A stretch of DNA of 64,000 nt from Octopus sinensis (taxonomy: Eukaryota), in assembly GCF_006345805.1 (NCBI RefSeq), contig NC_042998.1:117800001-117864000 (forward strand), read 5' to 3'. Of this stretch, positions 52,230-64,000 are shown piece after piece (the stretch's first letter is position 1; each line of letters starts with the position of its first letter). A model generated the notes under the pieces. That model ran no database searches and had not been told where the DNA came from. It saw only the letters and a list, made by a program, of their open reading frames with translations. A program made the translations under genes and the position numbers.

Positions 52230-55200
52230 GCCTTGAAGAAAGGAAGAGGGGAAAGGAGGAAAAAAAAAATGTCCGGAGATAAAACTATCAACAAAAAAAA
52301 TACAGACGAATATAGATCTGCTAGTCTTAAGAAGCGCGCGCTATGAGCAATGCTTACATGTAGTGAACCCTAAACTGACAGATCCATCTCCTAATATAAG
52401 AATGGATGCTCGTCATGCTTCAAGGTCAACAAATCAAACAATAAACCGCATTGGTCATTGCGCGGATTACAAAAGACCACGTACCCGAAAATTGAACCAA
52501 ATCCTGATTGAAAAATCAGTTACTGGATCAAATCTTCCCAACACACAGGAGCTGGACGAACCCCACAACCGGAATATTCCAACAGATGGCCATCCATGCT
52601 CATCACCAAATAATCAAAAGAAAAAGAAGGAAAAATGGTCTAGGGAAGATAATAAAGAAGTTCTCGAGGCCTTCTACCATGCCATATATTTCCCCACAGA
52701 TAAGTCTAGCACTGTACAAGCATACTTAAACTGGAGACAGAAACACCCTGAAGTAAGACCCTACATAGACAGTAACAAGCTTGCCAATGTTAGAAGAAAC
52801 ATTATAAAAAAGAAATTACTGACTGAAGTAGAGATTGATCAGGTTAGACAAGCAATATCGGATAAAATGAACGAAGCTGCAGCTAGAGAAGATAATACAG
52901 AGGAAATGATTATAGACCAGCCCAGGGCGGATAAAAACGAAGAGAGGATTGAAAGAGTTAGTATAAGTGATAGGCAAAGTGAAATACGCCCTGAACCAAT
53001 CATAAACACTAAGACAGATGAGCATCAAATAGATAAAGAAAGTCACACAAATATTGACCCAACAGAACTACATGAGCTAAAAAATCAAATCATGATTGAA
53101 TGGCTGAAAATTAAAGAAACCAGCATGGATGAGCGTGATACACTTCCTAAAATCCGCAACTCTAACCAAAACATGAAAATAATTGGTAAAATCCGGCTTG
53201 CACTTAAGGATATAATTTCAGTTAATGATGTTGATATCACAAACCTCAACCACCTATACTATGCATCCGCGAAAATCTCAACGATCCTATGTGGTGTAAA
53301 GATTAGAAAACGGCAACAGTCCCACAAAAAGCCTTCTTGGCAAGAGCGTCTGCAACAACAAATTAAAGTATTTAGATCTGACATTGAATATTTGAAAAAC
53401 TTAAGGCTCACAAGACTACCAAACCTACAAAAACCCAAAAATTACTGAAAAAATACAATATGAAAACTATACTTGATATTGATGCCACCATAGAAACCAT
53501 CAAACAAAAGGTATCTGCCAAAGCTACCCGCATAGCGAGGTATGAAAAGCGTGTTAGATTTTTCAAGGACAACAACATGTTCAAAAATAACACCAAGAAT
53601 TTTTACAGGAAGATAGGAAAAACAGCGTTTACTGCAGGGTCTGTACCATCAAAAGAAGAAGTGCAGAGATTTTGGAATAAAATCTGGGCAGAAGAAAAAA
53701 CACACAACGAAAAGGCCCCCTGGATCGACAGAATATCTACAGAACTGGACCCCTTAGAAGAGCAAAAGTGGGAGGGTGTCAAGGTAGAAGATATAAGATC
53801 TGCTCTCAGGAGGTCAAGCAAATGGAAGTCTCCAGGAAAGGATAAAATTCCTAACTTCTGGCTGAATGCCTTCCCAGAGAGCCATGAACTGCTAACAGAA
53901 CTGTACAATGATGTTCTGCAACACCCTAGTAGGATGCCTCCTTGGCTAGTTAATGGGTTAACATTCCTGCTTCCAAAAAGTGAAGAAACAAATGAACCAA
54001 AAAACTATAGACCCATAACCTGCTTAACAACTATGTACAAAACTCTAACATCTGTCCTGACGGAATATACCTATAGTTTTTTAACAGACAGCAGCATATT
54101 CCCTAATGAACAGAAAGGATGTAAACGTGGATCCTACGGCTGTAAAGACCACTACTCATCAATAAGATGATCTTAGAAGATTGTCACAACGACACAAAAA
54201 CTTATCAATAGCCTGGATAGACTATAAAAAGGCTTTTGATAGCCTACCACATAGCTGGATTAGGAAATGCCTTGAAATGTATAAGATAGCACCAACTCTG
54301 CGAAACTTCTTGACTGTAAGTATGAGATCATGGAGAACCACACTAACTCTGAACAGTGACAGTGAATCCCTAAATGCTGGTGATGTAAAAATTTCGTGTG
54401 GCATTTTCCAGGGTGACTCACTGTCACCACTCCTCTTTTGTTTATCCTTAATACCTCTCTCAAAGCTGCTCAATGACGCGCAGTACGGGTATAAAATGTT
54501 TGATAAAAATATAAATCATCTCGTTTACATGGATGATTTAAAGCTTTTTGCAAAAAATGATCAACAACTCAAGGGCTTACTAGCGATAGTCAAACAATTC
54601 AGTGACGACATCAGAATGCAATTCGGCCTCGATAAATGTGCAAAGGCTACCTTTATCAAAGGAAAAATGACAGAAACATCTAACGTTAACCTTGACCAAC
54701 AGAATGTCATAAAAGAACTAGACCCAGCGGAGAGCTACAAGTACCTAGGGGTAATTGAAGGGAACGGAATAAGGCATTCAGAGATGAAGGAAAGGATCAG
54801 GAGAGAATGCTATCGAAGAGTGAGAGCAATACTCAAGACAGAGCTGAATGCAAGAAACAGGATCGAAGCAATCAATGCATTAGCTATACCAGTCGTGACT
54901 TACAGTTTCAATATTGTTAACTGGTCAATTACTGAAATATGTCAGCTCGACAGAAAAATGCATAGAATGACAATGCATAGAATGCACCACCCTAAGGCAG
55001 ATACAGAACGACTCTATCTGCCAAGAAAAGAGGGAGGCCGTGGTCTTTTGCAACTGGCAATAACAATGAAGATTGCTACAATTGGCCTAGACACCTACCT
55101 GAAAAACTCTGAGGACTGGATGTTAAAACTTGTCTCAAAACATGAAAACAAGAAAGCATCATACTCAGTCACAAAACAGGCAAAGGAATATCTAAGTGAA

Positions 55201-56295
55201 TTCCGAATACAACCAATTTCGGAATTAGAGATAGACATACAAGAAACAAGCACAGAAAAAGCTAGGCGCATGAAAACCCGTGCCAAAACTGCGGCCTTAG
55301 ATATTCTGAATAATAAATGGCAAGAAAAACCTCTCTATCGGCAAATACCCAAAGAGAGCGAATAATGCAGATATCGACAAAGCCCTGACCCATCAATGGC
55401 TAATGGCCTCTGGCTTAAAATCTGAAACAGAGGGGTTTATCATAGCAGCTCAAGATCAATGCCTACCAACAAGAAACTACCAGGCCAACATATTAAAGAT
55501 CAGAAGCAGTCCAACGTGTCGTGTATGCAAGCAACAAAATGAAACCATTGACCATGTGGTCTCCAAGTGCAGTCTTCTAGCGCCTACAGAGTATCTCAAC
55601 AGGCACGATAGAGCTACACAATATATTCACTGGGTAATCTGTAAAAACCTGGATTTGCCCCATGAAAAAAACTGGTGGGAACACAAACCACCCCCAGTGC
55701 TTGAAAATGACCACATCTCACTCCTCTGGAACTTCACCATTCAAACTGACAGGAAGATAGATGCAAATAGGCCAGACATCATATTGAAAGACTTCAAACA
55801 AAGAACATGCCTCCTCATTGATATGACTGTCCCAATCGATATAAACGTATCTGTCAGGACCTACCAAAAACTGAGCAAATATAAAGATCTTGAAATAGAA
55901 ATCAGCAAAATGTGGAAGCTGAAGACTAAAACAATACCTGTTGTCATAGGTGCCCTGGGAATGATAGCAAAAGGGCTGATAGCTACCTAACTCAGATACC
56001 AGGAAGCCCAAAAATGGCAGAAGTTCAAAAGATAGTGCTCATGGGAACTGCTCATATCCTACGCAAAATACTCTCTATGTAACCTCAAGGTTTAAAACAA
56101 CATAATTTTCGGTTTTAAAAAAAAAAAAAAAAACTTTTTTTTTTTTTTAGACATCATTTACAAACATCCCCACCCCCCAAATATATGGCACACTAGGCAT
56201 AACAACAACATGAACTTCCAACCCTGTTGTCTCTTGAGGTCTCTGGGTGAGACTTGGAGCCAACTTGTACAAATATAAAGCAAAAGTCAAACATA

Positions 56296-56298
<3 letters not shown>
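52230..56298 (+). mobile_element. Near full-length R4/Dong-like non-LTR retrotransposon (single ORF, RT + CCHC + RLE), frameshifted
   Basis: ORF pieces at 52363-53448, 53460-54170, 54181-55365 and 55403-55990 carry KSPGKDKIPNFWL, NYRPITCL, WIDYKKAFDS, GIFQGDSLSPLLF, YMDDLK, YKYLG, CRVCKQQNETIDHVVSKC and RPDII..IDMTVP..KYKDL. The true stop is near 56081 and the 3' UTR ends in (AAT)n. The 5' boundary is approximate. Confidence 0.95.
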
Positions 56299-56329
<31 letters not shown>

Positions 56330-56331
<2 letters not shown>

Positions 56332-57052
56332 AGCACAAGACCAGAAATTACCAAAAACATGTAATGTAAAGAAATATTACAAGTAACTGCAGAATATGTG
56401 GAGATGGACAAGAAACAATAAATCATATTATCTCTAGCTGCCCAGTCCTGGCTAAGGAGGGAATATATTCACAGACATGACAGAGTTGGAACCTACATAC
56501 ATTGGAAGCTATGCCAACATTATGGAATAACAACAGAAAAAGATGGTATAGGCACACACCAGAAAAGGTCACAGAAAACGAGAAAGCAACCATACTCTGG
56601 GATATGCCCATACACACAGACAGAGAAATTAAGTCCAACAGACCAGATATAGTTGTCAGAGACCATGAAGAAAAAAAAATGCTTTCTAATTGATGTATCA
56701 ATACCGGCTGATGACAACATGTCTCTAAAAGAAATGGAGAAACTCTCAAAATACAAGACCTGGAAATAGAGGTAACTAGAATGTGGAATCTGAAAACAGA
56801 AACAATTCCTATCATAGTAGGTGCATTAGGCATGATAAAAAATATTCAGACAAATACATAACAAAAACACCAGGACTTACAAACACATATAACATACAGA
56901 AAATTGCACTACTAGGCACTGCACACATCTTACGCAGAACACTTTCCATACAATAACCATCAGAGCATCACACAACAAATCACAGCACATACCCAAGGCA
57001 CACAGAGCTGCGCTCGGTAGAGAAGTGAAAGCACGCTATAAAAATAAAACTA

Positions 57053-57057
<5 letters not shown>
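56330..57057 (+). mobile_element. 5'-truncated R4/Dong-like LINE (CCHC + RLE + 3' UTR), different subfamily
   Basis: CRICGDGQETINHIISSCPVLA, ATILWDMPIHTDREIKSNRPDIVV and ALLGTAHILRRTLSI; flanked by (AAT)n on both sides. Confidence 0.92.
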
Positions 57058-57124
<67 letters not shown>

Positions 57125-57130
57125 TAATAA

Positions 57131-57681
57131 ATGTCCTGATGCAGTACCAGGCAGTGGCTCTCGTGGCTTCTGATCTTAACTGATTTGAAGTGTTATCATG
57201 TACACTGTTTTGTCTGGTATAAAAGATGGGTTACAGCAAATATTCTGCTCAACACTACAGATTTGCTTGTCAGTTGTTTGACCTAAACCAGTTGAGCATG
57301 TCCCTTAGTGGCTGACGATATGTGCATCTCTGATCACGAGCAGAAGTAGTGGGGGAGCATCATAGCCATGTGTTGAGAGGGATTCTTAGAGGTTTGGACA
57401 ATTCACCTCTGGAAACATGGGTGTTTCATTCAACATCCTTAAACAACCCTTATTCAGGGACCTTTTGAGCGGGAATGGTTACTCAAACTGAAAATTCTAA
57501 CTGGCCCCACCTGCAAGGTCATGTGCTGTTTATCTTGATATGAGATCACCATGTCGCGCACATATGGTTGTGATGCATGTGCCTGGTGTACCCTTATCAG
57601 ACGGGTAGTCATGATGGGTATATTGGGCTTCGTATATTTTACCCCAGTGTCCCTTTGATGGCATGAACTCCTCTCTCACTC
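57131..57681. mobile_element. ~550 bp non-coding interspersed repeat flanked by (AAT)n
   Basis: GC-richer block between two (AAT)n runs with no ORF, TIR or tRNA head seen. A diverged partial copy lies at 7458-7555. Confidence 0.75.
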
Positions 57682-57729
<48 letters not shown>

Positions 57730-57732
<3 letters not shown>

Positions 57733-57810
57733 TTGTTGACTCTTGAGGTCTCTGGGTGAGACTTGGAGCCAACACGTACAAATATAAAAAGCAAAATTCA
57801 AACATAGAAT
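57730..57810 (+). mobile_element. ~80 bp extreme 3' end copy of the 52230-56298 element
   Basis: CTCTTGAGGTCTCTGGGTGAGACTTGGAGCCAAC..GTACAAATATAAA..GCAAAA.TCAAACATAGAATAATAAT matches 56220-56298. Confidence 0.9.
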
Positions 57811-57819
57811 AATAATAAT

Positions 57820-60600
57820 ATGTCCTCGCATCAGAGGAAATATTAACAATGAAGAACAGTAAGAAACAATAATATCAGTGATGATAATAATAATGAAAGG
57901 AGATGGTTGGAATCTTCCTATGCTCTAGAGGATACATCTAGTAATGGTGTCACAATAAAAACACTGGTAATTGCGCAACCTGATAATCGCTACCTCATAT
58001 GAGTGACAATGAAAGGCAAAATATTGTGAATAACGGTCGTAATGAAGCTGAAGCCATTCATGGTGACAGTGTTGCACCCCGCAGGCTCAGAGATTCTAGT
58101 CCATCTCCACCCTCTCGTTATCCAGCAAGGGAGCAGCATACACGCCGTATATGGAACAAAGAAGTCAATGCTGTGGTCATGGAGTGTTACTACCTGAGGA
58201 ACCCCATAGACGAAAATAATGTTCATCTTAGGTGTTACCGACGACGTATGTATGATTAATGAAGAGAAATACGATTGTTTCAACTCACGGAACAGGTATT
58301 ATGTCATGAAGAAAAAGAAAATATTGTTGATTCACAGAAGTGGAGATCGAAGCTATCAAAAGACGGGTATTCGAAAAGAGCGGCAGAGGAAACGATGAAA
58401 ATACAGTTCCGACTGTTAAAAGTAATCTCATAGCAGAAAACAGAGGTGAAATCTGTAATGAACCCCAGGAAAGGAACAGTGATAGCTTACCTGATGAGAG
58501 ACATGTAGATTGTCTGGGAGAAGACAATAAAACTAATGGTGACATGACAGATGAGTAAAAGACAATCTACGACAGAGTAAAGGTAAGGCTACAGGAGAAC
58601 AATAGCAACGTTATTTCTAACCTTAAAAATGTTGATTGGTGGAAATTGAACCAAGAAACGAAAAATGTGAATGAAATTCTGAAATGCATCAGAACTAATA
58701 TCACAGAAACAAATAATTTTATCAAGGCAGCAAGTATTGTTGTGGCAGAAAATGTGGGTGCTGATGTCAAGAAAGAGAAATATAATGGGGGTGACAAAAG
58801 AAAAGTTCCATGGTGGAAAACAAGAATACAGGGGTTAGATGTGCTCTCGAAAGGCATTTCTGTGTTAGACCGAGAATTGAAGGAGGTGACTTAAAACCGA
58901 ACAAAAATACGGGGCACTGAACCGGATGTGTGATATTAAAAGAAAGGGCCTGAAAGTGATAATGGAGGAACTGAAACAGCACCTCGACGCAAAAAATGCA
59001 AAGCTGGTAAGATACGACCAAAGAATGAAGGGATACCAGTAGAATAGGTTATTCAGTGTAGATCAGAAGAGATTCTATATTGAAATAAATGGAGAGTGTA
59101 CAGATGAAAAGTTGATACCAGATAACATTGAAAGGCAACGCTCTTAGAGTGACATGTGGAGCAAAGACAAGGACCAAAAGAAGGATGCTAAATGGCTGTA
59201 GTAACTGAAAGAAACTGTAGTCTATCCGAAACAAGCAGAACTAATCATTTCAGATAGAGAAGTGAAGGAAGTCAGCAAAAAAACTGGAATGCTCTGTGAC
59301 CAGATGGAGTTCAAGGCTACTGAATCACACGATTTAGTGAACGCCATGCACGCATAGCTGCGCAGCTCAACACCTTGTTAAATGTCGTCCAAGTAACACC
59401 AGGGTGGTTAACTATGGGTAAAACAGTGCTGTACTTGAAAACCATCGAAAAAGTTAATACGGTAGACAATTACAGGCCGATATCCTGCTTTTCACCTATG
59501 TGGAATTTATTGACTGGAATAATCGCAGAGTCAATGTGCTGTCATCTGGAAAAAAATGGAGTCCTGCCACATGAGCAGAAGTGCTGCAAGAGTAAGTGAA
59601 GAGGTACCAAGGATCAACTTCTTGTAGAAAAAAACTGTACGTGGAGACTGCAAGAAAAGGAAACCTAGCTTGTCGTGGATCGATTATCGTAAGTCGCACG
59701 ATATGATGCCGCATAGTTGGATTATTGAATGTATGAACCTATTTTGTATTGCATCGAATGTTAAGCGATTGCTAGGAAAAAGTATGGCGGATTAGAGGAC
59801 CGAACTGATAGCATATGGAAGAAGTTTAGAAACAATAGATGTCAGGAAAGGCATTTTCCTAGGGGACATCTTGTCCCCACGGATTTTTGTTCTGTGTATG
59901 ATACTACTAGCCCTGATTCTGAGGAACGCAACGACTAGTATTCAAAACCACGCCAAAATGTCAAGCACTTGTTATTCATGGATGACCTCAAACTTTATGG
60001 TAAAGGTGAATCCCAATTCAGTTCCCTTGTTGATACGGTGTATACTTTCAGTGCTGATATCAGAATGGATGTCGAACACTTTGCAACAAGTATGTACTTG
60101 ACAGAGCAAAAATGTGGTACGAACGTAAACCTAAGGCATCATCGACGATGATAATGCAAAGATCCAGTGAGATTTTATGATTCAGTGCAACCATGAGATA
60201 GAGAATACGAAACCAGACATACTATTAATTGAGAAAGAAAGCAAACGATGCTGGATCATAGATATAGCATGCCCAGCTGACAACAAGGTATGCGATAAGG
60301 AAAAAATAAAAGCTGATGGCTATGACAGGCTGGCTTGGTAGGTAAAGCATCTATAGTCGATGAAAAATGTGGTAGTAGTACCAATAATTGTCGGGAGCAG
60401 TGAGTAAAAATCTTGAGGAATACATGCAACAAATATGGGTTGCAACAACGCTGGAGCACTTGCAGAAAACAACAATGCTTGGAACCGCTTGATTACTCCG
60501 GATGGTGCTCGAAAGATAAGGGGTGCTACCTTAGATCACTGGTAGTGAGCAACTGGCACCGTATTACATCTCCAACCTTAGAAGCTGTGAAACGAAAATA
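57820..60600 (+). mobile_element. Highly decayed, internally deleted R4/Dong-like LINE
   Basis: RRIWNKEVNAVVMECYY, VDNYRPISCF, WIDYRKSHDMMPHSWI, LFMDDLKLYGK, then a jump to KPDILLIEKESKRCWIIDIACP. Confidence 0.88.
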
Positions 60601-61419
60601 AATAATTATAATTATAATTATAATAATCACTGCATGACTATCAATTGGGCTTGTGAAAAGGAATGCGTGCCCGATGTTTTAGATCATAAAGGCGATGAAG
60701 ATAATGCAGATTAGATATTCTATCATAGTTCCCTTAGCATTGGCTCTAGCTGCAGACTTCTTTCTTGAGAGTCAAAAGGATAAAGATTCCTATCGATATA
60801 AATTTATGTAGATGCCGTTCTTTCTGAAATTATCATATCTAAGTCATATAGAGAGATTTGACATGTAATAATTTTTTACTGGTGTCTTCATGAATATACG
60901 TGTCCTGATGTTCGCCGAAGGTCATACCGCTACCTGTAAAATGCAAAACCCATTATCAAATAGAAATGTAAGTGATTATCAGGGGAAGTATATCGAAGAA
61001 ACAACGTGTAAGATTTTTGGTAGAATTCATACTGTAACATATTGTTCATGAGTTCATATAATTCAGCCATTCACTCAGAGAATGAAGCGCTAATTATTTA
61101 ATATTCAATGTTGTAATTTATTCGATACACGTATATCGTTACAAATGTAAGTATGATGAAATATTTATCAGTAAAGTCAGTAAGCTTCATCGTTAAATAT
61201 TATATATTTTCTCCCCCCCACCACCTGAAATATGTATACGCTTATCACAATTATATAAACATTTTTTTTTTCTCCGAGCTGCTAAAATTTGAAGCTGTAA
61301 ATTTACATTATCCCCGATGCGCTCTAACTACATTCTAGAATGTCAATAAGTTAACTGCCTATATATCTCACAATTTCTCAACACTTCCCAACTACTTGAG
61401 AAATGAAATAAACGAATTG

Positions 61420-61456
61420 TTTCAATAATATAATTATACATATGTACGTATATAAA

Positions 61457-61541
<85 letters not shown>

Positions 61542-61640
61542 TACATACATATACATATATACATATGTGTGTGTGGGGGTGTATAGAGAGAGAGAGACGA
61601 AGAAAGAAAGAGCGAAAGAAGAGGGAGAAGGAGACACAGA
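61420..61640. repeat. Compound (TA)/(GATA)/(GA) microsatellite
   Basis: Direct reading. Confidence 0.9.
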
Positions 61641-64000
61641 GAAATGTTCATTATCTTGATATTATATTGAATAGAAAATTATAAAATATTTGCTGTAGAA
61701 TTTTTTTTTTTAACTAAGTTAATTTATTTATCTATACATAGATAATATAAAAATGAATATGTTTTGCAAACGACAACCAATGAAGCCAACACAAAGAACA
61801 TCAAATAAAGCCGAAGAGATAAAAGAAACATGTATTAATGATGTAAATTTTAATGTTATTAATATATAGTGATATATTGAAGCAAATCTATACGAAATAT
61901 CTTTCGTTATATACTTCCATGTACACAACAAATGCAATGCTCGATATCACAAATTATATTCTTTTACACATATATACGTAAAATGTATATATTAATGCTT
62001 ATATTCAGGTGTAAAACTAAACTGAAACATGTATAAACATTTAATTGCAATATAACCTCATCTCATTTATCGTTTCTGGAGAATTTAATTAAGTTTAACT
62101 GTCAGATGCCAACTCTAATTGAACAAATGTATATTGCGCAAGGAAAAAATAATCAGCATGCTTGTATTATTTCTTATGAAGTTAACGTCTGAATGACTGG
62201 TTTCAAATCAATAAAATGTGTAGCATAGATCGACTTCTGTGAATGATTGCAATGGCATTTGATCTTTAACCAGGATATTGGTAGCAACTATTGGCCTGCA
62301 AATAATTGTTCAATAAATGGAAGATGAAAAACACATTTCCTGATAAAAATATTTCGTTGCTATTAAAAAAAAAAACCCATTGAAATACTGCAGTAGTGGA
62401 TAAATATCAATATCCGAGTAGTAGGTTTTAAATATCACTTCAGAAGAAATATTTTTCTCATTTATAAAAAATATGTATTCATTTAAATGAATTATACTCT
62501 ATATTATGACCTGTGATATAAACAGTAATTATTTATAAAAAGCCAACTAGAAACATAGCGCACTAATGTTACTGTATTCTCGCTAACCAAATTAATGAAG
62601 CATTTCCACAATTAAATGTTAAACAATATTATGTATCGCTGAGACTGATCAGCTTACAATCTTTAGTTGCAGAAGAAATAAAAACTTCATTATTCAATTT
62701 CTTTGTTTTCTAAAATCACACTTTTGTATTTCATATATTATTAATGACTAAACGCACGCAATCTTCTTTTAATTTGTTTTCAGATTTTATTTCATTAAAT
62801 TAATGAAATTTTGATAAACATAATTAATAACTTAAAAGTAAATATTTCAATATATCTTACAATTTTTTAATCCCATACACATCGTTCTTATTTATGATGC
62901 AGTTATTGCTTGTTCCAGAGTAAAATACATAGCGCCGTGTCTTTAAATCTAAATTGATGTGCAAATTATAATAGGATCACATAACACATCAGTATACAGA
63001 GACTAAAGCAAACATTATTTTGTAACTGACAAGCAAAGAAATACGTTTTATATCTATTACGCGTATTTGAAATGAAAACGGTTATAACAGATATTGCAAG
63101 CTAAAACTCGGAAGAGGGCGCATCGCTACGTATTTCCTTCTAAAGAGGTACGTAGATTATGGAGAATGCTGATAGTCATATCAGATGATACCAACAATTA
63201 TAGTAGGGTCCAGTTTATGGCATGAAGCGTTTTCATCTAGTGTACCTGAAAGCGAATTTGCAGTTCCTTTATATGTAAGTTTTATTAGTGTCACTATGTT
63301 AGTATATCATTATTAGGAGTGTCTTTCCTTATTGTTATTTTCTTCTCATTCCTAACAAGACATTTGTCATGTAAACACTACCGTTTTAAGTCCCGTTTTT
63401 TTTTTTTGGTCTTATGTCTTAACTCCTCTCCCATTTTGTGGTCAAAAGTCATGATAGTATCAGAAAAATGTTTTGTAGTATTTGTTCCGATTATTTACAT
63501 CCTACGACTAACTTCTCTTCGTGTCAACCACGCCTTACATCCCTCCGAGGTTGATAAAGATAAAGTGCTATCTTGTACTCCACCTGATAGTATCTACTAA
63601 CCACTTTTCTTCCAAAATGCCTCGGTCATCACTCTAAAACGAAAAATGAATAATTATTTTTGACTTTGTTGTAAATCTCATAGGTCTTATTCTATCACAT
63701 TCTTGAGTAAACGTAGATCACTATCATATCCATTTAAATCTAGAAGCAAGAGCCATATCTTTTAAATATTGTCCATTGGTGAGACAAGGTAGGACAGTGA
63801 ACATGTTTTTGAAGGTTGGTGTGCATAAACGACGACATTATCACCACTACAAAACACCTATACTAAGTATCAGCACCAGGATGGTCTACGATAATAGTAT
63901 CAACTGACTAACGGAACACGTTAATCCGGATTATTGCTAGTTTACCACTCTTGAACGGGAAATCGTCACCTGTAAGAGTACTGCACAATGCAGAAGAGTT

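Noticed and set aside
63545-63600. Possible degenerate SINE tail (CATCCCTCCGAGGTTGATAAA)
   Set aside because: The match to the 26295 family is short and highly diverged.

Overview
AT-rich, microsatellite-laden eukaryotic DNA with no confidently identifiable host gene. It is most likely an octopod cephalopod; this is inferred from the SINE families and repeat composition and was not checked by search. Most of the interpretable sequence is decayed mobile DNA: three mariner relics (one full length with TIRs), two Penelope-like (GIY-YIG) fragments, three CR1-group LINE fragments, one RTE, one L1/Tx1, several tRNA-derived SINEs, and three inverted-repeat MITE/foldback elements. At 48-60.6 kb there is a dense cluster of R4/Dong-like RLE LINEs interleaved with (AAT)n, including one ~4 kb copy broken only by frameshifts. 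Most ORFs in the supplied track are microsatellite artefacts. The most interesting signals are hammerhead-ribozyme-like folds. One lies just downstream of a Penelope endonuclease (9459-9518, minus strand) and a weaker one lies downstream of the second Penelope (29761). A third sits in the tail of a composite element with a tRNA-type Pol III head and an (AAT)n spacer (39407-39775), a candidate Penelope-dependent SINE/retrozyme hybrid. All three deviate from the canonical core and may be inactive.
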